Sequence record: MN850622.1
Length of the DNA stretch: 64,000 nucleotides
Direction: 5' to 3' (one strand)
DNA from: Escherichia phage mobillu
Both the position numbers and the translations under genes were made by a program. This document shows positions 1-8,701 of the stretch, in pieces. A model generated the notes under the pieces. It worked only from the letters and a program-made list of their open reading frames with translations. It did not search any database and had not been told where the DNA came from. Each line of letters starts with the position of its first letter. The stretch's first letter is position 1.

Positions 1-54
1 GATATTGAATACGATTTTGATAACTTTGGAATTGTTTCTGGTGGTAAAGCTTAA
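1..54 (+). CDS. 3' end of an upstream CDS truncated by the window edge
   Basis: Open frame from position 1 ending at TAA 52-54 (..DIEYDFDNFGIVSGGKA*). Confidence 0.3.
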   Translation, partial: DIEYDFDNFGIVSGGKA

Positions 55-230
55 ATAATTCCTGTCTAATAAAGGGGAACGCAACCTCTCCTCATGAACG
101 TCGAGTCCTCTGAGTGATGTACCTTTTCCAACCTGTAATAAGGTCGAGCGCAATGCGGTAATGGGTTTACATAGCGAGTCGAAGGACCTAACATGTGCCA
201 CGGAATGGCCCAAACCTTAAGAGAAATAAT

Positions 231-770
231 ATGAGAACATTTTTAACTGGACCTTATCTATCCCTGATGAATGCTTTTACACACCATTCTGATGCTAGAG
301 TAGAAGAAATTTGTAAGAACGGTTATGTCCCACCGTTTGAAGACGTACTCAAGCAGTACTGTACACTTCGTTTAGACGGTGGCCGACAATCAGGTAAATC
401 AATTGCTGTGACTAACTTTGCTGCTAATTGGCTGTATGATGGTGGAACGGTTATTGTTCTTTCTAATACTTCAGCTTATGCTAAAATTTCTGCTGGCAAC
501 ATTGAAAAAGAATTTTCTCGTTATTCTAGCGACGATATTCGATTCCGTTTATTTACTGATTCTGTTCGTAGTTTTATTGGCAATGAAGGTTCTAAATTCC
601 GTGGATTAACGCTTTCTCGTATTCTGTATATAATTGACGAGCCTATTAAAGCTCCTGATATGGATAAGATTTACAATGTACATATTAAAACAGTCCAACA
701 CTGTTGCAAAAACAAATATTGCAACGGCGGTATTGCTCGTCCTCAATTTTTTGTGATTGGAATGCAATGA
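231..770 (+). CDS. hypothetical P-loop NTPase-like protein
   Basis: ORF 195..770; Walker A-like GGRQSGKS and hhhhDE (YIIDEP); start placed at ATG 231 (ATG 195 possible). Confidence 0.55.
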   Translation: MRTFLTGPYLSLMNAFTHHSDARVEEICKNGYVPPFEDVLKQYCTLRLDGGRQSGKSIAVTNFAANWLYDGGTVIVLSNTSAYAKISAGNIEKEFSRYSSDDIRFRLFTDSVRSFIGNEGSKFRGLTLSRILYIIDEPIKAPDMDKIYNVHIKTVQHCCKNKYCNGGIARPQFFVIGMQ

Positions 771-1075
771 TGACCACTATTGAAGTTTTTGAATATTGTT
801 ATAATAGCCCGGTATGCAATAAAAGGGCTCTTGTAGAAAATTATGAGATTTACCATTTTAAACCTAAACGATATCGTTTGACTAAAGGTCCGTTCGCAGG
901 TCAGCAGGTTCTTTGTACTGCTCCTAATGCACGGTTGATGACTAGTATTCCACATTTCAAAATGGAATTTATTGATGGGCCATTTAAGGGATTAATCACT
1001 CAAAGTTTAATGGCGTTTAATTCCAACCCATTTTTGATTAAAGAAAAAACTTGGATAAATTTATTTTCTAATTGA
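767..1075 (+). CDS. hypothetical protein
   Basis: ORF 704..1075; start moved to ATG 767 which overlaps upstream stop (ATGATGA coupling). Confidence 0.5.
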   Translation: MMTTIEVFEYCYNSPVCNKRALVENYEIYHFKPKRYRLTKGPFAGQQVLCTAPNARLMTSIPHFKMEFIDGPFKGLITQSLMAFNSNPFLIKEKTWINLFSN

Positions 1076-1081
1076 GGTTAT

Positions 1082-1444
1082 ATGAAAGCATATCAAATTC
1101 TTGAAGGCACACACAAAGGCACTATTTATTTTGAAGACGGTACTCAAGCCCGGATTATTGTCTCTAAGACTTTTAAAGAAGACGCTATTGTAGACCCAGA
1201 AATTTTCTACGGTTTGAATGCCCGTGAAATTGAAATTGAACATCAACCTAAAGTTAAAATTGAAGGTGGTCAACATCTGAACGTTAACGTTCTGCGTCGT
1301 GAAACTCTGGAAGATGCAGTTAAGCATCCGGAAAAATATCCGCAGCTGACCATCCGTGTATCCGGTTATGCAGTTCGCTTTAACTCTCTGACTCTGGAAC
1401 AGCAGCGTGACGTTATCGCTCGCACCTTTACTGAGAGTCTATAA
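1082..1444 (+). CDS. autonomous glycyl-radical cofactor (GrcA/YfiD-like; T4 Y06I-type)
   Basis: C-terminal 60 aa [58 protein letters not shown] matches enterobacterial GrcA as I recall it, including the RVSGY glycyl radical motif; RBS GAGG upstream. Confidence 0.85.
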   Translation: MKAYQILEGTHKGTIYFEDGTQARIIVSKTFKEDAIVDPEIFYGLNAREIEIEHQPKVKIEGGQHLNVNVLRRETLEDAVKHPEKYPQLTIRVSGYAVRFNSLTLEQQRDVIARTFTESL

Positions 1445-1668
1445 TGGCTAAATTGATTATAGAAGGGTCTGAAGATGTTTTAAAATGTTTTGCCGCCTGG
1501 TTTAGTTGCTCAGGCGAGCAATCATTCATTGAATCATTTAGAATGGGTGATATTACTGGAAACTATCCGACAACTGATATCACTGTACGTGGATATGGTA
1601 TTAATGAGCCTATCCAATTGGTCGAATATGACCTTGCCGCCGATGAGGAAATTCCTTATGTCGATTGA
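1444..1668 (+). CDS. hypothetical protein
   Basis: ORF with TAATG start/stop overlap with GrcA-like gene. Confidence 0.5.
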   Translation: MAKLIIEGSEDVLKCFAAWFSCSGEQSFIESFRMGDITGNYPTTDITVRGYGINEPIQLVEYDLAADEEIPYVD

Positions 1669-1924
1669 AGATATTAAAGGCTACAAGCCACATACCGACG
1701 ATAAAATTGGTAAAGTGAACGCTATTAAAGATGCAGAAGTCCGTCTTGGATTGTTGTTTGATGCTCTGATTGAAGAAGCATATATCTTGAAAGAAAATGA
1801 AACAGAGCAACAAACCAAAGAAGATATGGATGCAGTACAGGCTCTTAAGTATGCTAAGCAACATCTAAAAGAAGCCAGCATGTGGGCCTGTCGTGCAGTA
1901 TTTCGACCTGAGGAAAAATACTAA
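1658..1924 (+). CDS. hypothetical protein
   Basis: ORF 1490..1924; start placed at ATG 1658 (MSIEDIK..) overlapping upstream stop. Confidence 0.45.
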   Translation: MSIEDIKGYKPHTDDKIGKVNAIKDAEVRLGLLFDALIEEAYILKENETEQQTKEDMDAVQALKYAKQHLKEASMWACRAVFRPEEKY

Positions 1925-2223
1925 TGGCTCAAATCCTATCAGGCTTTGGAACTCATTATGAAGCGTCTAGACGCATAACTGAAAGCAATCCTTTTGGCCT
2001 TGTTCCGAAGCACAAGAAAATTCAAAGCCTTGATGACTTTGAGAACCGCCTATGGGCCCTCTTTAATGAGTACAAGGCATATCTGAAAGAAGACGCTGAC
2101 GATTGTCTTGAAGAAGATGAGATTGCGTATTACGAACAACGCCTTGAACAGCTAAAGAACTTCCATCAGGTTCGTGACGAAGTATCTAAAGCAGTTAAAA
2201 AGTTAATTCCTTTCAAAGAGTAG
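1924..2223 (+). CDS. hypothetical protein
   Basis: ORF; TAATG overlap with upstream gene. Confidence 0.55.
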   Translation: MAQILSGFGTHYEASRRITESNPFGLVPKHKKIQSLDDFENRLWALFNEYKAYLKEDADDCLEEDEIAYYEQRLEQLKNFHQVRDEVSKAVKKLIPFKE

Positions 2224-2270
2224 TTTACTTCTCCTCTAGTTGTGTTACTATAGACTTGTCAACTAGAGGA
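2223..2270 (+). promoter_or_regulatory. T4-type early promoter with embedded inverted repeat (PeSL-like)
   Basis: GTTTAC 2223-2228, TG-TTACTATAGA -10 region; 12-bp inverted repeat CTCCTCTAGTTG 2231-2242 / CAACTAGAGGAG 2259-2270 that includes the downstream SD. Confidence 0.55.
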
Positions 2271-2279
2271 GAAATCAAA

Positions 2280-2738
2280 ATGACTATCAATTCGGAAGTT
2301 TTTATCCGCCGTAATAAACTCCGTCGAATCTTTGAAACGGAGTTCCGCAAAATAAATGCCGGTATAAAAGATGCTGCAAAGTCTCTTGGACTACCAGGCT
2401 TTCATATCAAGTATTCTCAACATCTCTTAGATCGTGCCATCCAGAGAGAAATAGATGAGAATTACGTTTTTGAATTATTTCATAAAGTAAAAAATCACGT
2501 TAAAGAAGTTGCAGAATTTTTATCAATGCCGGCACGTCCGGATGTTGATGAAGATTTTGTCGAAGGTGTCGAATATCGCCCAGGCCGTTTAGAAATAACT
2601 GACGGAAATCTTTGGTTAGGACTTACAGTTTGTCGCGAAAATCCGGCATTCAAAATGAAGACTCTTCAATGCAGAATGGCTATTATTAACAGTAAACGAC
2701 TACCAGGAAAAGCTTCTAAAGCAGTGATTAAAATCTAG
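2280..2738 (+). CDS. regB: RegB endoribonuclease
   Basis: 152 aa; MTINSEVFIRRNKLRR...LKYSQHLLDRAIQREIDE...EYRPGRLEITDGNLWLG...LQCRMAIINSKRLPGKASKAVIK matches T4 RegB as I recall it; start at ATG 2280 after GAGGAG. Confidence 0.8.
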   Translation: MTINSEVFIRRNKLRRIFETEFRKINAGIKDAAKSLGLPGFHIKYSQHLLDRAIQREIDENYVFELFHKVKNHVKEVAEFLSMPARPDVDEDFVEGVEYRPGRLEITDGNLWLGLTVCRENPAFKMKTLQCRMAIINSKRLPGKASKAVIKI

Positions 2739-2746
2739 AGGTAAAC

Positions 2747-3289
2747 ATGAGAAAAGCACTACTCGCTGGTCTATTTGCTCTTTCATTATCAGCACATAGC
2801 TCCGAGCATACTTTTAGTAATGTCCAACTCGATAACTTGAATTATGCTTATCAGTTTGGGGAACAGTTTTCTAAGGACGGAAAATTTAAAACGCATGAAA
2901 ATATGCATAAGAAAGGGCTTGGATACATAATGGCCGCAATACTATGGCAGGAATCATCCGCCGGTATTAATTTTAAAGATAAGAAAGGTCACCATGCGTA
3001 TGGAATGTTCCAAAATTATCTACCAACAATGAGGGCAAGAATTAACCAGCTTGGTTATAATATGACTGATGCCCAAATTAAGAAAATGCTATCTAAGCGG
3101 TCTAATTCAGCCAGATGGGCTTATATCGAATTTTCTTATTGGTTAAATATACATAACGGGGATATAAGAAAAGCTATATCCTCATATAATGCGGGATGGA
3201 AGACAAGTGCTGGAAGTAAATATGCTTCTGAAGTCCTAGAAAAGGCTAATTACCTTAAATCAAATAAACTACTGGAAATAAAAGAATGA
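2747..3289 (+). CDS. secreted lytic transglycosylase-like protein (SLT-like)
   Basis: N-terminal signal peptide; ILWQESSAG motif resembling the SLT catalytic E-S segment. Confidence 0.55.
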   Translation: MRKALLAGLFALSLSAHSSEHTFSNVQLDNLNYAYQFGEQFSKDGKFKTHENMHKKGLGYIMAAILWQESSAGINFKDKKGHHAYGMFQNYLPTMRARINQLGYNMTDAQIKKMLSKRSNSARWAYIEFSYWLNIHNGDIRKAISSYNAGWKTSAGSKYASEVLEKANYLKSNKLLEIKE

Positions 3290-3633
3290 CCAAAATGTTG
3301 GCTTTAATAGTTAGCTTGGTTTCATTTAACGCTCTTGCTAATACTACATATACTGATGTAACGGAGTATACAAACAGAACGGCGTCTGATTATTGTGGTA
3401 AAAGTCAAGAGTGTAAAGTAGATTTTTCACAAAAATTGTTATACGCGTATAAAGACGGAGAAAAAGATGGGGCGTCTAGTAGGTTCAAGGCGTCTACCTT
3501 AATTAAAAGATACTATAAAAAATGGCAAATATTAGAATGCTCGGTGGCGGAACCTAAAGATAAGGCAGCATGCAATTCTATGGTGGACCGTCTAGTTGAC
3601 TCTTATAATAGAGGACTTGCAGCAAGTGATTAA
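3286..3633 (+). CDS. hypothetical secreted protein
   Basis: ORF with signal peptide (MTKMLALIVSLVSFNALA), 4 Cys. Confidence 0.55.
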   Translation: MTKMLALIVSLVSFNALANTTYTDVTEYTNRTASDYCGKSQECKVDFSQKLLYAYKDGEKDGASSRFKASTLIKRYYKKWQILECSVAEPKDKAACNSMVDRLVDSYNRGLAASD

Positions 3634-4093
3634 AAACTATATCAAGGGCGATATTGTCGCCCTGTTTTCTAAAGGTAATAATATTGCTCATGGGTGTAAT
3701 TGTTTTCATACAATGGGCGCCGGTGTAGCAGGACAATTAGCAAAGGCTTATCCAAAAATTCTTGAAGCAGATAAACTTCAAACCGAATTCGGAGACAAGT
3801 CTAAACTCGGGACTTATTCGGTTTATGAAAAATATTTTAAGACCCATAAAGCTTATTGCTTTAATCTTTATACACAGTTTGAGCCGGGACCTAATTTTGA
3901 GTACTCTGCTTTAATGAATTGTATAATAGAATTAAATGAATTCGGAAAGAATAAGATAACAAAGCCTGTAATTTATATGCCAAGAATTGGTGCAGGTATT
4001 GGTGGTGGAAACTGGGATGTCATCGAAGAGATTTTAGATACGTATTCTACTAAACTAGAAATTGTGATTGTTGATTGGGAACCGTTATTATGA
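3596..4093 (+). CDS. macro-domain protein (ADP-ribose binding/processing family)
   Basis: GDIV...N.AHGCN...GAGVAGQ and later GIGGG segments resemble macro-domain motifs; overlaps upstream ORF by 38 nt. Confidence 0.55.
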   Translation: MTLIIEDLQQVIKNYIKGDIVALFSKGNNIAHGCNCFHTMGAGVAGQLAKAYPKILEADKLQTEFGDKSKLGTYSVYEKYFKTHKAYCFNLYTQFEPGPNFEYSALMNCIIELNEFGKNKITKPVIYMPRIGAGIGGGNWDVIEEILDTYSTKLEIVIVDWEPLL

Positions 4094-4302
4094 ATATACA
4101 TTATCCACATCCATATGACCCAAAGAATAAGGCAGTAATTATTCGTCAATGGGAACGCATTTGTCGTACCAAATGTCCAATTAATAGTCCACATGATGTA
4201 GATAAAGACTACATCGGAACATTCGTTGAATATACCTTTATTGATAAGAAAGGCCGTAAACAACATGTAGAAGAATATTGCTTAAAGGTGACATGGCTAT
4301 GA
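4075..4302 (+). CDS. hypothetical protein
   Basis: ORF 75 aa. Confidence 0.45.
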   Translation: MGTVIMNIHYPHPYDPKNKAVIIRQWERICRTKCPINSPHDVDKDYIGTFVEYTFIDKKGRKQHVEEYCLKVTWL

Positions 4303-4505
4303 GTCAAACAAAAATTCTTACAGGTGCTAAATGCGAAAAATGCGAATGGCCTGTAGTTTTTGCTTTATGCAATGACGAAATGGCTTGTGATTTTGATTAT
4401 TGGTGTTACTGTTCGAACAAAGGTTGTAGCAATCATAAAGGTGAAGGGTTTTACTCAGGATTTTACCCTTACCCAGATTTCGTTAAAGAAGGTGAACCTA
4501 AATGA
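4293..4505 (+). CDS. hypothetical Cys-rich small protein
   Basis: ORF 4278..4505, start placed at ATG 4293; CEKCEW...C..C..C pattern. Confidence 0.45.
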   Translation: MAMSQTKILTGAKCEKCEWPVVFALCNDEMACDFDYWCYCSNKGCSNHKGEGFYSGFYPYPDFVKEGEPK

Positions 4506-4684
4506 AATTGACTAAAGAAGAGAAAACTAAACTGTTTGAACTTATCCATGACCTATTGGATGAGCAAGCAGCCACCAATGCGTATGATGAATATGCTCCT
4601 TTGACGGACGAAGAATATCAAGCATTGTTGGAATCATTTGACAGGAAAGAACAAGAACTCATTGACTACGTGAATTCACTATAA
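4502..4684 (+). CDS. hypothetical acidic protein
   Basis: ORF 60 aa, ATGA overlap with upstream stop. Confidence 0.45.
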   Translation: MKLTKEEKTKLFELIHDLLDEQAATNAYDEYAPLTDEEYQALLESFDRKEQELIDYVNSL

Positions 4685-4693
4685 GGGACTCTT

Positions 4694-5275
4694 ATGGCTA
4701 GTTTAATTTTTACCTATGCCGCTATGAACGCTGGTAAGTCTGCTTCATTACTTACTGCCGCACATAACTATAAAGAACGCGGCATGGGTGTATTAGTTCT
4801 TAAACCGGCTATTGATACTCGCGATTCAAAAGGTGAAATAGTCTCTCGTATTGGTATTCGTCAGGACGCCAATATAATTACAAAAGACATGGATATCTTT
4901 GAATTCTATAAATGGGCTGCAGCACAAAAGGATATTCACTGCGTATTTGTTGACGAAGCTCAGTTCTTAACTACTGAAAAGGTGTATCAACTTAGTCGTA
5001 TTGTTGACGTATACAATGTGCCGGTAATGGCATATGGACTACGAACAGATTTTAAAGGTAATCTATTTGAAGGTTCTCAAGCATTAATGGCTATTGCCGA
5101 TAAGCTTGTTGAACTTAAAGGTGTCTGTCATTGTGGTAAAAAGGCCACAATGGTAGCTAGAGTCACGGAAGACGGACTTCCAATTACAGATGGCAGTCAA
5201 ATTGAAATTGGTGATACCGATAGATATGTGTCATTATGCCGGAAGCATTGGAACGATTTGACAGGGTTGTTATAA
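4694..5275 (+). CDS. tk: thymidine kinase
   Basis: 193 aa; P-loop NAGKSASLL, VDEAQF, zinc ligand pattern CHCGKKAT...C; matches T4 Tk length and motifs. Confidence 0.9.
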   Translation: MASLIFTYAAMNAGKSASLLTAAHNYKERGMGVLVLKPAIDTRDSKGEIVSRIGIRQDANIITKDMDIFEFYKWAAAQKDIHCVFVDEAQFLTTEKVYQLSRIVDVYNVPVMAYGLRTDFKGNLFEGSQALMAIADKLVELKGVCHCGKKATMVARVTEDGLPITDGSQIEIGDTDRYVSLCRKHWNDLTGLL

Positions 5276-5278
5276 ATA
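5271..5278 (+). promoter_or_regulatory. candidate T4 late promoter (TATAAATA)
   Basis: Exact TATAAATA about 25 nt upstream of ATG 5303. Confidence 0.35.
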
Positions 5279-5302
5279 CTAATATCTAACCAAGAGGTAT
5301 AT

Positions 5303-5515
5303 ATGCAGCAATTAAACGAAAGACAACTTCGTAATCTTACTGTAACCCAATTGGATGAAATCCGAAGAGAATTAGGACATTCTATTTCTCATTTAAACGA
5401 GGATATCCGTCAAACTGGTTCTAAAGCTGATTATACACGCAAGCGCAAGCTGGAAAAATACCTCGCAGATGTTAAGGCCGTCCAAAGGCGAAAAATAAAT
5501 ACTGGCCAAAATTAA
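5303..5515 (+). CDS. hypothetical protein (rI.-1 position)
   Basis: ORF 70 aa with RBS AAGAGG. Confidence 0.5.
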   Translation: MQQLNERQLRNLTVTQLDEIRRELGHSISHLNEDIRQTGSKADYTRKRKLEKYLADVKAVQRRKINTGQN

Positions 5516-5527
5516 CAGGAGGCCTAT

Positions 5528-5830
5528 ATGGCCTTAAGAGCGATAGCTGTCATAGCGATGCTGGGGTTTTTTGCAGCAACAACTCCTATCGTTGGTACTG
5601 CAAATATCGACCCATATTTTGATAACTTTATGGAATCAGGGATTAAAAACGTATATACTTTGTTTGAAATTCAAAATGTCGAGAATTCTGAAAAATTCTA
5701 TAAGTATATGGCAAAGCATTACAAAAATAGCCCCTGTGATGATGCATTTGAATGTCATGAACAAGGCATAAAAACTGCCAGACAATTTGCCGAGTTCATG
5801 AAAATAAAATTAGAGCCTACATCTATCTAA
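5528..5830 (+). CDS. rI: lysis-inhibition regulator RI (antiholin)
   Basis: 100 aa with N-terminal signal anchor; NIDPYFDNFMESGIKNVYTLFE...YKNSPC..FEC..G...FMKIKLE matches T4 RI as I recall it; synteny tk-rI. Confidence 0.7.
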   Translation: MALRAIAVIAMLGFFAATTPIVGTANIDPYFDNFMESGIKNVYTLFEIQNVENSEKFYKYMAKHYKNSPCDDAFECHEQGIKTARQFAEFMKIKLEPTSI

Positions 5831-5836
5831 TTTACT

Positions 5837-5865
5837 AGCCCCTTCCGAAAGGTTGGGGCTTTTTG
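5837..5865 (+). terminator. rho-independent terminator
   Basis: Stem AGCCCC/GGGGCT with inner CC-GAAA-GG, followed by TTTTT. Confidence 0.7.
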
Positions 5866-5875
5866 GCATCTATCA

Positions 5876-5927
5876 GTTTACTTCTCCTCAGGTTGTGTTA
5901 TAGTAAACCTTACTTACTAGAGGAGAA
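5876..5927 (+). promoter_or_regulatory. T4-type early promoter (PeSL-like)
   Basis: GTTTAC 5876-5881, TG-TTATAGTAA; inverted repeat TCTCCTC/GAGGAGA spanning the SD. Confidence 0.5.
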
Positions 5928-5931
5928 CGTT

Positions 5932-6111
5932 ATGTCACGTAAAGAAAAAATTTCTAAGTTAATGTTTTTGATTGAAGAGTACGCTAATGCGGTATCTGAT
6001 TGGGAAAATGCTCATGGTTGCGAAGATGGAGACATCGACATTAACAGAGCTATGAAAAAGATGGCTGACGCCCACACCGAATTGCAAATGTATGTTAACG
6101 AGATTATGTGA
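5932..6111 (+). CDS. hypothetical small protein
   Basis: ORF 5863..6111, start placed at ATG 5932 after GAGGAG. Confidence 0.5.
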   Translation: MSRKEKISKLMFLIEEYANAVSDWENAHGCEDGDIDINRAMKKMADAHTELQMYVNEIM

Positions 6112-6118
6112 GGATATT

Positions 6119-6325
6119 ATGCTTTACGATTATACTGGAAAATCTGAAGACGGTGTACTTGAGCTTTTACCTGAAAGCGCTGAAGATGATGATATGGTGG
6201 TGATGTTTTGTAAAAATGGACCTGGGGATAAGGGATGGATTTATCTTCGTCAAGAAAATGACTTAATTGTTTTGGACCCTAAACAAGTTGAAGAACTTTA
6301 TCAACATTTAAAACACAATCGGTAG
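6119..6325 (+). CDS. hypothetical acidic protein
   Basis: ORF 6092..6325, start placed at ATG 6119. Confidence 0.5.
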   Translation: MLYDYTGKSEDGVLELLPESAEDDDMVVMFCKNGPGDKGWIYLRQENDLIVLDPKQVEELYQHLKHNR

Positions 6326-6362
6326 TTTACATCTTGGTAGGACTATGTTATAGTAGTCCTAT
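6325..6362 (+). promoter_or_regulatory. T4-type early promoter (PeSL-like)
   Basis: GTTTAC 6325-6330, TG-TTATAGTAG; inverted repeat AGGACTA/TAGTCCT. Confidence 0.5.
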
Positions 6363-6382
6363 CAAAACAAACGGAGAACAAA

Positions 6383-6493
6383 ATGAAACTTTTGCTTATC
6401 GCTTATGTTGTAGTACAATACAATTATCCGATGTTTACTTATAACATGGTAAACGGCATAGTGAATCTTATTGAAACGAGTATGGTAAAATGA
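6383..6493 (+). CDS. hypothetical micro-ORF (36 aa, hydrophobic)
   Basis: ATG with RBS ACGGAG; below the ORF-track size cutoff. Confidence 0.25.
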   Translation: MKLLLIAYVVVQYNYPMFTYNMVNGIVNLIETSMVK

Positions 6494-6669
6494 CCCGTGA
6501 ACAAGCTAATAAATTGATGGACCTTATCCGTGACTTACGTGAAGCCGATTCAGATTTGAATGATGTAGCTTATCATGCGGTAAATGATAACGAAGACTTT
6601 TATGAAAATCAGGTTGATGCTTGTCTGAATGATTTGGTGAATTTTGTTGAAACTTTAATTGGTGAATAA
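6490..6669 (+). CDS. hypothetical acidic small protein (59 aa)
   Basis: ATGA overlap with preceding micro-ORF; below ORF-track cutoff. Confidence 0.35.
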   Translation: MTREQANKLMDLIRDLREADSDLNDVAYHAVNDNEDFYENQVDACLNDLVNFVETLIGE

Positions 6670-6670
6670 T

Positions 6671-7201
6671 ATGAAAACTGTAATTGAAACAACCGAGTTG
6701 TTTGGCGATTTATGTATCGAAAAACGTGGTTATGCTTACGTTCTGACACAAGAAGATGATGCTGTTACTATTCTTCCTATGGAACTGGACAAGATTTTGA
6801 AACTCAATCCGCCCGGCCATGCATCTGTAATTAACATTGATGAAGACCTTCAAGTTCGTTTTTATCACGGTCTTTATAGTGGGGTTAATATCGAAACAGA
6901 AGATGAATGCCTTTCTATCAATAATTGGAAAACATTCGTCACTAAGGTGAAAGAATTCATAGAATCTGAAACTGCCAAAAAGGCCAAACTTCAATGGGCT
7001 AAATGCCGTAATGCTTTTATTACAAATCAGGACCACCCTGACTATACAACAGTCCTAGGCGTTAATCCTTCTTATGAAGACGGTGATGTCGTAGTTATTC
7101 GCCAAATTGATGACCTTCGTCAGCATATCATTACATTAGACAAAGATGAAGCAGTTGCTCTTAAAGCTTATCTCGATTCTATTATCCCAACTTTGAAATA
7201 A
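6671..7201 (+). CDS. hypothetical protein
   Basis: ORF 6659..7201, start at ATG 6671. Confidence 0.55.
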   Translation: MKTVIETTELFGDLCIEKRGYAYVLTQEDDAVTILPMELDKILKLNPPGHASVINIDEDLQVRFYHGLYSGVNIETEDECLSINNWKTFVTKVKEFIESETAKKAKLQWAKCRNAFITNQDHPDYTTVLGVNPSYEDGDVVVIRQIDDLRQHIITLDKDEAVALKAYLDSIIPTLK

Positions 7202-7210
7202 GGAATTATT

Positions 7211-7684
7211 ATGATTATCAATGAAAACTCTTGGCACTTTAAAATTTATGCCGCGTTCAATAGTACATGGAATCGCCCGAAAACGTTGTGTGCTTATTTT
7301 TGGAAAACGTTAATCCCGGTATTGGCTGTTTCAATTATTGGATTTGCGATTTTAGCAGCAGTCACAATTATTGGCCAGGAAATTTTAACTAAATTCTTTG
7401 TTTTTAGCAGTCTATGGACATTAGTTCCGGCCTCAATTGGCGTAGGCATTTTAATGGTAGCAGTCATGGCTTTTATTGCTACCGGGTTGGTAATTGGTCC
7501 GTCTTGGTTGTTAGACAAATATAACGACAGAAAATATTATAAAGAAATTGAGTTCATTGCACAAAACCAAGAACGAATTAAAAATGGACTTGAACCTATT
7601 GAACGTAAGAAATCATTAATAGGTGAATACCTTAAAGCTCGTAAAGAAAAAGTCTGTCCTACTCTTGAATATAAGGCTAAATGA
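7211..7684 (+). CDS. hypothetical membrane protein
   Basis: Two to three hydrophobic helices (LIPVLAVSIIGFAILAAV.., LVPASIGVGILMVAVMAFIATGLVIG). Confidence 0.55.
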   Translation: MIINENSWHFKIYAAFNSTWNRPKTLCAYFWKTLIPVLAVSIIGFAILAAVTIIGQEILTKFFVFSSLWTLVPASIGVGILMVAVMAFIATGLVIGPSWLLDKYNDRKYYKEIEFIAQNQERIKNGLEPIERKKSLIGEYLKARKEKVCPTLEYKAK

Positions 7685-8670
7685 TGAAAACGATTGTTAA
7701 GGCTTACTTTGGTAGCCACCTTTATGGAACGTCTACTCCTGAATCTGACGTCGATTTTAAAGAAATTTATGTCCCTCATGCTCGTGATATCTTGACCGGT
7801 AACGTTAAAGAACACATGAGCAAGAACACGAATAACACATCTTCTAAGAACACAAAAGACGACGTGGACCATGAGTTGTATAGTCTCAAATATTTCTTTA
7901 AACTAGCTGCGGATGGTGAAACCGTCGCATTAGATATGCTTCACACTCCACAAAGTCTAGTAGTTAAATCTGATTTGCCTGATGTATGGAAGTATATTCA
8001 AGATAACAGGTCTCGTTTCTATACCACTAACATGAAATCTTATTTAGGGTATGTCCGTAAGCAAGCTTCTAAATACGGTGTCAAGGGTTCTCGACTGGCT
8101 GTTCTTCGTCAAGCCCTTAAACGTTCTAATGAATGGGGACAATACTTTGATAATGGTGCAGTAATTCGTTTATCACATATGAAGAATGTTCTGCCTGTAG
8201 GTGAATTTGCTTCATGGGTTGAAACCGAAAACGAGAAAACAGGTAAGCAAACATTCTATAATCTGTTAGACCGTAAATTCCAAGACACATTAACCAATAA
8301 AGAGTTCAATGCCATCCTGGTTAAACTGGAAGAGAACTATGGTGAACGTGCTCGTAAGGCAGAAGCCAACGAAGGTATTGACTGGAAAGCATTGAGTCAT
8401 GCATGTCGTGGTGGACTTCAACTATTGGAAATTTACAAAACCGGCGACCTGGTTTACCCACTTCAGGATGCTCCATTTATTCTCGATGTTAAGCTTGGTA
8501 AACATACGTTTAAAACTGTACAAGAATTCCTAGAAGATATCGTTGACCAAGTTGAACATGCGTCAGAACAAGCCGCTAAGAACGGTATGCAACAAAAAGT
8601 AGATATGAGTTTCTGGGATGATTTCCTTGAGCAAGTCTATCTCGAAAATCATAATTCTTACTATAAATAA
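7681..8670 (+). CDS. Pol-beta-superfamily nucleotidyltransferase-like protein
   Basis: N-terminal GS-x9-SDVD motif (YFGSHLYGTSTPESDVDF). Confidence 0.55.
   Translation: MMKTIVKAYFGSHLYGTSTPESDVDFKEIYVPHARDILTGNVKEHMSKNTNNTSSKNTKDDVDHELYSLKYFFKLAADGETVALDMLHTPQSLVVKSDLPDVWKYIQDNRSRFYTTNMKSYLGYVRKQASKYGVKGSRLAVLRQALKRSNEWGQYFDNGAVIRLSHMKNVLPVGEFASWVETENEKTGKQTFYNLLDRKFQDTLTNKEFNAILVKLEENYGERARKAEANEGIDWKALSHACRGGLQLLEIYKTGDLVYPLQDAPFILDVKLGKHTFKTVQEFLEDIVDQVEHASEQAAKNGMQQKVDMSFWDDFLEQVYLENHNSYYK
8663..8670 (+). promoter_or_regulatory. candidate T4 late promoter (TATAAATA)
   Basis: Exact TATAAATA about 32 nt upstream of ATG 8702. Confidence 0.35.
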
Positions 8671-8701
8671 ATAGATAAATAACCATTAACTTGAGGTAAA
8701 T

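Noticed and set aside
100-125. Possible tRNA T-arm-like sequence CGTCGAGTCC
   Set aside because: No acceptor stem pairing, no CCA context and no cloverleaf could be built around it.
195-230. ORF-track start ATG 195 for the first complete gene
   Set aside because: Downstream ATG 231 has a better purine-rich spacer; the N-terminal extension is not conserved-looking. Kept as an alternative.
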